Assembly (NCBI GenBank): GCA_047634375.1 | Contig: JBLIAG010000003.1 | Span: forward strand, 10,262 to 74,261 | Direction: 5' to 3' | Origin: Bacteriovoracaceae bacterium | GTDB lineage: Bacteria; Bdellovibrionota; Bacteriovoracia; Bacteriovoracales; Bacteriovoracaceae | Length of the DNA: 64,000 bases | Part shown: positions 58,556 to 64,000 of the stretch, one piece after another | How positions within the stretch are numbered: position 1 is the stretch's first letter | Layout of the letters: every line of letters begins with the position of its first letter | Translations under genes and position numbers: made by a program | The notes under the pieces: model-generated | What the model was told of the DNA's origin: nothing | Databases searched by the model: none | The model's input: the letters and a program-made list of their open reading frames with translations, nothing else

Positions 58556-59236
58556 TTAGCTTTTGATTATTAATGATTTAAGTAGTTTAGAGGTGTTTTC
58601 TAGTAACTCTTCTTTAGTGCCATTATTTAGAATTATTAGGTCAGAAAGGGACTTTTTGGTCTCAATATCAATTTGTTGAGACAGGATATTTTGGGCCAAA
58701 ACTTTTTTGATATGATCTCTTTTCATTAACCTTTGGATTTGAATTTCAGGAGAACAATATACCAAAATATTTAAGTCAAACTTGCTTTGTAATTTTTTTT
58801 CAAATAGTAGAGGGATATCATAGACTAAGAATTCGTATTCATTAAAATCAAGTTTTTTTAGCTCTTTTTCAAATTCTAAGGGAAGTCTTTCATATAGAAA
58901 GTTTTCGATTCTAACTTTCAAATCCTCAGTTTTAAAAAATTCTTCCCTCAAAATTTTGAAATCTATAATGTCGTTTTCAACAATGGCCTTTGGGCAAACT
59001 TTATTGATGAACTTAATCGTTTTATGGTCTCTATAAATTAATTTTATTAGACAGTCGGCGTCAATTACGGGGACACCTAGCTCATGTAAAATTTTAGCCA
59101 CAGTAGATTTACCAGTTGCAATTCCTCCAGTTAAGGCAATGATAGGGAGCGAGGTGTTATATAACCTATTTTTCGTGAACAGTTTAATATAGTTTGATTT
59201 GAGCTTATGCATTAGTAGATGTAAACTGTACCACAT
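58556..59236 (-). CDS. coaE: dephospho-CoA kinase (start probably downstream of annotated Met)
   Basis: 226 aa; P-loop IALTGGIATGKST; length beyond P-loop typical of CoaE. Confidence 0.7.
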   Translation of the reverse strand: MWYSLHLLMHKLKSNYIKLFTKNRLYNTSLPIIALTGGIATGKSTVAKILHELGVPVIDADCLIKLIYRDHKTIKFINKVCPKAIVENDIIDFKILREEFFKTEDLKVRIENFLYERLPLEFEKELKKLDFNEYEFLVYDIPLLFEKKLQSKFDLNILVYCSPEIQIQRLMKRDHIKKVLAQNILSQQIDIETKKSLSDLIILNNGTKEELLENTSKLLKSLIIKS

Positions 59237-59263
59237 ATTTACTTATACACGGAGGGTTTTCAT

Positions 59264-60094
59264 ATGAAAGGCCATACATATATATCAAAACCAGTTGACG
59301 AGAATGGATTCGTTGAGTGGAGTGACTTAGAAAATAAAACATGGACCACTTTGGTGTCTCGGCAAAAAGACATTATACTTGGTCGTGCCAGTGATGAATT
59401 CTTAAGGGGATTAGAATTACTTAACTTTCCCGATGATAGAATACCTCAACTACCAGAAATAAATAAAGTTCTCCTTGAAACAACTGGCTGGGGAGTTGAA
59501 CCTGTTCCTGCATTAATTCAGCCAAAAGAATTTTTCGAGTTACTGGCAAATAAGAGATTTCCAGCAGCGACTTTTATTCGTATACCTGAAGAAATCGATT
59601 ATATTCAAGAACCAGATATTTTTCACGAAATCTATGGACATACGCCGCTTTTAACAAATCAAGCTTATGGTGACTTTATGGAGAAATTCGGAAACCTCGC
59701 CTTAAAAGCACAGCCTAAAGATAGAAGACGATTGTTCAGGCTATTCTGGTTTACAATTGAATTTGGTTTATTGAAAACTCCAGAGGGCCTTAAGGCTTAT
59801 GGTGGTGGAATTCTATCTTCAATAGGGGAGACTCAATATTGCCTGACGGAGGAGTCTAAGAAATTAGACTTTGATATTTTAGAAGTTTTAAGAACTCCAT
59901 ATAGGATTGATATCATGCAACCTTTATATTTTATCATTGAAGAGTTTGATGATTTATTTACAATCTTAGATCATGACATATTAGAACTTATTGAAGAGTC
60001 AAAAAGAATTGGAGATCATCCTCCAGCTTATCCACCAAAAGAAGTGGAAGCTGATGATGAGGAAGCAGGCGGAATGGGAGCAATGAAATGTTAG
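59264..60094 (+). CDS. phhA: phenylalanine-4-hydroxylase (biopterin-dependent aromatic amino-acid hydroxylase)
   Basis: 276 aa; PDIFHEIYGHTPLL iron-binding His pair, EFGLLK, overall family pattern. Confidence 0.85.
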   Translation: MKGHTYISKPVDENGFVEWSDLENKTWTTLVSRQKDIILGRASDEFLRGLELLNFPDDRIPQLPEINKVLLETTGWGVEPVPALIQPKEFFELLANKRFPAATFIRIPEEIDYIQEPDIFHEIYGHTPLLTNQAYGDFMEKFGNLALKAQPKDRRRLFRLFWFTIEFGLLKTPEGLKAYGGGILSSIGETQYCLTEESKKLDFDILEVLRTPYRIDIMQPLYFIIEEFDDLFTILDHDILELIEESKRIGDHPPAYPPKEVEADDEEAGGMGAMKC

Positions 60095-60363
60095 ACATTA
60101 TGAATGAATTTAAGAAACTACCTGAAGGGTGGGAACTTTGTGAGAAAACAAAACTTCGAAAAACTTTTTCTTTTAAAGGTTTTATGAAGACGATGTCCTT
60201 TGTAAATGCTGTTGCATGGGAAGCCAATAGAATTATGCATCACCCTGATATGGAAGTTAGCTTTAATAAATGTGTTATAAATATCACAACACACGACGAC
60301 GGAAATATTTTATCTGAAAAAGATTTCTTACTAGCAACTAATATTGAGAGCTTATTAAATTAG
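60088..60363 (+). CDS. phhB: pterin-4a-carbinolamine dehydratase
   Basis: 91 aa; …FKGFMKTMSFVNAVAWEANRIMHHPDMEVSFNKCVINITTHD matches PCD family; overlaps phhA stop. Confidence 0.8.
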   Translation: MLDIMNEFKKLPEGWELCEKTKLRKTFSFKGFMKTMSFVNAVAWEANRIMHHPDMEVSFNKCVINITTHDDGNILSEKDFLLATNIESLLN

Positions 60364-60364
60364 T

Positions 60365-61540
60365 ATGAAAATAATCTTAACTACTGGGAAATCTCAGATT
60401 AAAGAATTTATTGTTGATCGGAACCAAGTTACTATTGGGCGAAGTAACAAATGTGATATATGTATTCCGAGTGATCATATTTCAAGGAAGCACCTTGAGG
60501 TTACCATTAGAAACGATGAAATTTTTATTAAGGATCTAACTCTATCTAATTGGGTTTCATATAATGATGAAAAATTACAAAAAGATGTAGAGACTCAATA
60601 CTTTGATTTTGCAAAACTTTCTCTACCCGGAAATTTAAATTTTAAAATTGAATTAGACCAGGAAGAAAATTCTGGTTTTAATTACCGAGATCAATTAGAG
60701 AGAACAAATACAACGACCAAAGTTATTCCTGAATCGGATAGTTTTAATGAAGACATTTATCATTCTCCTATTGGAGTGGATGGTGAATTAGATCCAGCAC
60801 TAAGACGAAAACTCAACGGAGGTAAAGACTCTGATGGGGAAACTAAATTTAGAAAAGAAATAGTTCTTATGATGGCCGCTTTTTTTGGAATTTGTATTTA
60901 TCTATTTGTTTTTATGCCAAATTCGGAAACTGTTGAAGATAATTCTTCTTTATCACAAGTTCAAAATAATAAACCTAGAGTAACGAGAAAAATTAAGAGG
61001 AAAGCAAGGCCAAGGCCGAAGAAGAGTATTGTTACTTCAAAGCCAAAATCAAAAGTACAAAAAGAATTTGAATCTTTATATAAAAATGCAGATAGCTGTT
61101 ATAAAGGGTATACTAAGAGAATTTGTTTAATGACCTTAAAGGGAAAAACGAAGTTTGAGGGAGCTGTTCTTAAAGGCTCTACTCTTCATGTCTTTAAAAA
61201 CTATAGAGTGAGAACTCTAAATATGTTTTTAGAGAAAAGAGGATATGCGAAAGACGCATTAAACCAAAGTGGAATGGAGAGAGTGATAGCGGGTGAAATC
61301 ATCTTAATTCCTAAAATTATGGAAGAAATGGAAGGTCAAAAAATTTCAAAGGTGAAGGTTCATCTCTTTAATCTCTCTGGGCCAGAAGTTAAATATCGAT
61401 CAACGTATAGAATAGACCCTTCTTTCTTTAGAAGGTATGACTTGGATGAATATAATAGAGCCTATAGCTCAGTTCGAAATAATCTAGACACTTCAGTATT
61501 TGCTCGTGAATTTACCCGCTTTCTATCAAGAGAAGAGTAA
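60365..61540 (+). CDS. FHA-domain membrane protein
   Basis: 391 aa; N-terminal FHA (VTIGRSNKCDICIPSDHISRKHLEV…NWVSYN); central TM (LMMAAFFGICIYLFVF); basic linker KRKARPRPKK. Confidence 0.6.
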   Translation: MKIILTTGKSQIKEFIVDRNQVTIGRSNKCDICIPSDHISRKHLEVTIRNDEIFIKDLTLSNWVSYNDEKLQKDVETQYFDFAKLSLPGNLNFKIELDQEENSGFNYRDQLERTNTTTKVIPESDSFNEDIYHSPIGVDGELDPALRRKLNGGKDSDGETKFRKEIVLMMAAFFGICIYLFVFMPNSETVEDNSSLSQVQNNKPRVTRKIKRKARPRPKKSIVTSKPKSKVQKEFESLYKNADSCYKGYTKRICLMTLKGKTKFEGAVLKGSTLHVFKNYRVRTLNMFLEKRGYAKDALNQSGMERVIAGEIILIPKIMEEMEGQKISKVKVHLFNLSGPEVKYRSTYRIDPSFFRRYDLDEYNRAYSSVRNNLDTSVFAREFTRFLSREE

Positions 61541-61561
61541 ACCGAGAAGGAAAAAATTATT

Positions 61562-62965
61562 ATGAAAAAAGTTAAAGTGGCCATCATTGGTGCAGGGTCA
61601 GGCGGATTATCTGCAAGAAGAGAAGTTCAAAAAAAAACTGATGATTACGTCGTAATTGACGGCGGCACTCTTGGAACAACCTGTGCTCGAGTTGGCTGTA
61701 TGCCCTCTAAAGTACTTATCCAAGTCGCAGAAGATTTTAATCGTAGAAAAAAATATGAAGAAGAGGGCATCTCTGGTGGAGGTGAACTTTCAATAAATTC
61801 TTCCAAAGTTATGACTCATGTTCGCAAGCTTCGAGATAGATTTGTAAGAGGAGTTATTGGTGGCATGGACTCATGGGGCGAAAGTAACTTTATCGCTGAG
61901 TACGCAACATTTGTTGACGCAAATACCCTGCAAGTTGGCGCTGAAAGAATTTACGCAGAAAAAATTATTATTGCAACCGGGTCAACTCCAGTCGTACCAG
62001 CTATGTTTCAAGAATTTAAAGAACATTTAATCACAACTGATAGCTTTTTTGAACTTGAACAATTACCACAGTCGGTTGCTGTTTTAGGACTTGGTGTTAT
62101 TGGAATAGAACTTGGACAAGCACTTCATAGACTTGGTGTTGAAACTGTGGGAATTGCTAGAAGAGAAATTGTTTCAGGTGTTTCAGATCCTAAGCTTAGA
62201 GAGTATGTAAATCGAAAATTCTCAGAAGAGATGAACTTATCTTTTAATGGTGTGCAAAGTGTTGAAAAGGTCGGGGATAAATTAAAAATTATTTCGGGTG
62301 ATAAAGAGTTTTTAGTCGAGAAGATTTTACTCACAGCTGGTAGAAGTACCAATTGGAATTCACTAGGAATTGAGTGTTTAAACCTCACCAGTTCAAACCG
62401 AGGAGTTCCGGAATTCAACCCACAAACATTTCAATTAAAAGATCACGCACATATATTTTTAGCGGGAGATAATACAGGAGAGAAACAAGTCTTACATGAA
62501 GCAAGTGATGAAGGTCGAATCGCTGGTTATAACTGTGTGAATGAAATTCAAGCGTTCAAATTAAGAACCCCGCTAGTGGTAACTTTTTCTGATCCTAATA
62601 TAGCTTTTGTTGGTCAAATGTATAAAGAGTTAGTTGATGCAAAAACTGAATTTGAAATTGGAGAAGTAAGTTTCGAAGGTCAAGGGCGTAGTATTGTTAA
62701 ATTGAAAGAAATAGGAATGTTAAGAGTTTATGGTTGTAAAAAAACTGGTACTCTATTAGGGGCAGAACTTATGGCGCCAGATGGTGAACATTTGGCCCAT
62801 CTACTAAGCTGGGTGATTTCTCAAAATCTTACTGTAAATCAAGTCTTAGCGATGCCTTTTTACCACCCCGTCATAGAAGAAGGTCTAAGGACTGCTTTGA
62901 GAGATTTAAGAGAAAAAGTAGATGAAAAACAACCGGCTTTAGAAATATTTCCAGTAGAGGACTAG
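61562..62965 (+). CDS. class I pyridine nucleotide-disulfide oxidoreductase (dihydrolipoyl dehydrogenase-like flavoprotein)
   Basis: 467 aa; FAD GxGxxG (IIGAGSGG), redox-active CxxxxC (TCARVGCMPSK), NAD GxGxxG (VLGLGVIGIE), C-terminal HP…E dimerisation motif. Confidence 0.7.
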   Translation: MKKVKVAIIGAGSGGLSARREVQKKTDDYVVIDGGTLGTTCARVGCMPSKVLIQVAEDFNRRKKYEEEGISGGGELSINSSKVMTHVRKLRDRFVRGVIGGMDSWGESNFIAEYATFVDANTLQVGAERIYAEKIIIATGSTPVVPAMFQEFKEHLITTDSFFELEQLPQSVAVLGLGVIGIELGQALHRLGVETVGIARREIVSGVSDPKLREYVNRKFSEEMNLSFNGVQSVEKVGDKLKIISGDKEFLVEKILLTAGRSTNWNSLGIECLNLTSSNRGVPEFNPQTFQLKDHAHIFLAGDNTGEKQVLHEASDEGRIAGYNCVNEIQAFKLRTPLVVTFSDPNIAFVGQMYKELVDAKTEFEIGEVSFEGQGRSIVKLKEIGMLRVYGCKKTGTLLGAELMAPDGEHLAHLLSWVISQNLTVNQVLAMPFYHPVIEEGLRTALRDLREKVDEKQPALEIFPVED

Positions 62966-62969
62966 TTAG

Positions 62970-63401
62970 ATGATTTGGTATAATGATTATAGCTTAGAGC
63001 AAATTAATGAAGGTAATAAAAACTCCATGGTTGAACATTGTGGAATTATTATTACCAAAAAAAGTTCTGATTCATTAACTGGGACTATGCCTGCGGACAA
63101 AAGAACTCATCAGCCATTTGGGATTGTTCACGGTGGTGCAAATTGTGTTCTTGCTGAAACCTTAGGAAGTATTGCAGCCAATATGACTTGCAATCCAAAG
63201 GAAGCTCACGCAGTTGGTTTAAGTATTACAACTAACCATATTAAAGCTGTTCGAAATGGCTCCATTAAGGGTGTGGCAAAGGCAACACATATGGGTAGAA
63301 CGACTCAGGTCTGGGAAATTAAAACATATAATACTAATGAGCAATTAACCTCATCAACCACGCTAACCATGGCGATTGTCTCAAAGCTTGGTAAAAGTTA
63401 A
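62970..63401 (+). CDS. hotdog-fold thioesterase (PaaI/YbdB family)
   Basis: 143 aa; HCGIIIT…QPFGIVHGGANCVLAETLGS pattern. Confidence 0.7.
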   Translation: MIWYNDYSLEQINEGNKNSMVEHCGIIITKKSSDSLTGTMPADKRTHQPFGIVHGGANCVLAETLGSIAANMTCNPKEAHAVGLSITTNHIKAVRNGSIKGVAKATHMGRTTQVWEIKTYNTNEQLTSSTTLTMAIVSKLGKS

Positions 63402-63970
63402 TTCTCAGTTTTAATTGAAATGATAACTGGTCGATGATCTGATGGGAACTCACCATTCGCAGACTTAGTGGCATCAACAGTAAAATTTATAATTCTCCAA
63501 TCTAATTCCTTGGATAAAAGAATATGATCAACTCGGCACTCAGGAAATTTTTTACCCTTTCTTGTATAACAAATATCTTTATCTGATTGATATTCACCAA
63601 GAACTTGGAAATTTTCTTTTTTATCAAATGAGTTGGAAAAGACTCCATCAATTAATTTTTTATACTCAGGCATATCAACTGTTAAATTTGTATCAGCTGC
63701 AAAAATGATAGGCTCTTTTACTTTTTTGAAATATTGATTAACCATTTCCGCTGCACCTAGTAAGTTTTCTAAACGGTTATCAAAATGCGAACCAACAAAA
63801 ATAAAGGGGCCGGTTTTTCCCTCTAATTTGATCCAATGAACTTGTCTCGGTAGGGACAATTTCCAGCCCAAAGAGAACGAACCCTCTCTTGGTCCTAGCC
63901 AAAACTGACCTTTATCAATGAGTTTAAACTTACTCTTATTATATAGTAGGGTTGGGTCAGCATAGCTCAT
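63398..63970 (-). CDS. endonuclease/exonuclease/phosphatase (EEP) family domain protein, short
   Basis: 190 aa; C-terminal DHILLS … FPSDHRPVIISIK typical EEP ending; N-terminal catalytic Asn/Glu region not evident. Confidence 0.45.
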   Translation of the reverse strand: MSYADPTLLYNKSKFKLIDKGQFWLGPREGSFSLGWKLSLPRQVHWIKLEGKTGPFIFVGSHFDNRLENLLGAAEMVNQYFKKVKEPIIFAADTNLTVDMPEYKKLIDGVFSNSFDKKENFQVLGEYQSDKDICYTRKGKKFPECRVDHILLSKELDWRIINFTVDATKSANGEFPSDHRPVIISIKTEN

Positions 63971-64000
63971 AAATAAATAATTACTGGCTATGAATTCATA

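Noticed and set aside
1-64000. CRISPR arrays, rRNA genes, IS elements
   Set aside because: No regularly spaced direct repeats, rRNA-like conserved blocks, or transposase-like ORFs were found on either strand.

Overview
The window is a low-GC (roughly mid-30s % by eye), lysine-rich bacterial chromosome segment. About 60 protein genes are densely packed on both strands, with two tRNAs (tRNA-Asp-GTC and tRNA-Leu-CAA, both on the minus strand). No rRNA, CRISPR array, integrase or transposase was seen. Gene content (many secreted or lipoprotein hydrolases such as S1 and S8 peptidases and endonuclease/exonuclease/phosphatase (EEP) family nucleases, a PilZ-like protein, numerous sensor kinases, a sigma-54 activator) suggests a Bdellovibrio-like predatory bacterium; this is a low-confidence guess from sequence composition only. 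Housekeeping genes identified with confidence include accA, yicC, gmk, a RelA/SpoT-family (p)ppGpp enzyme, a RhlE-like DEAD-box helicase, maeB (NADP malic enzyme), ridA, coaE, phhA-phhB, engB, a PlsC-like acyltransferase, a spermidine-synthase-like enzyme and an Lpd-like flavoprotein. The most unusual structure is a tightly coupled seven-gene block at 31496-39006. It encodes an SPFH/Band-7 protein with a SHOCT tail, two paralogous Zn-ribbon/DUF4178-like proteins, a DUF350-like mini membrane protein, a polytopic-membrane-anchored spermidine-synthase-like enzyme, a Tat-signal FAD amine-oxidase-like protein and a Trp/His-rich polytopic membrane protein. It sits directly downstream of a four-gene signal-transduction operon whose first member is a CHASE-domain kinase-like protein lacking the phospho-acceptor histidine. 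Other points of interest: a G9 homopolymer inside a sensor-kinase gene, a frameshift-split S1B peptidase, a rel/spoT gene with no canonical start codon in frame, a Cys/His-domain plus tandem-repeat protein with a perfect 14-bp palindrome upstream, a RelE/ParD-like toxin-antitoxin pair, and a long ORF-free intergenic region ending in a strong intrinsic terminator.
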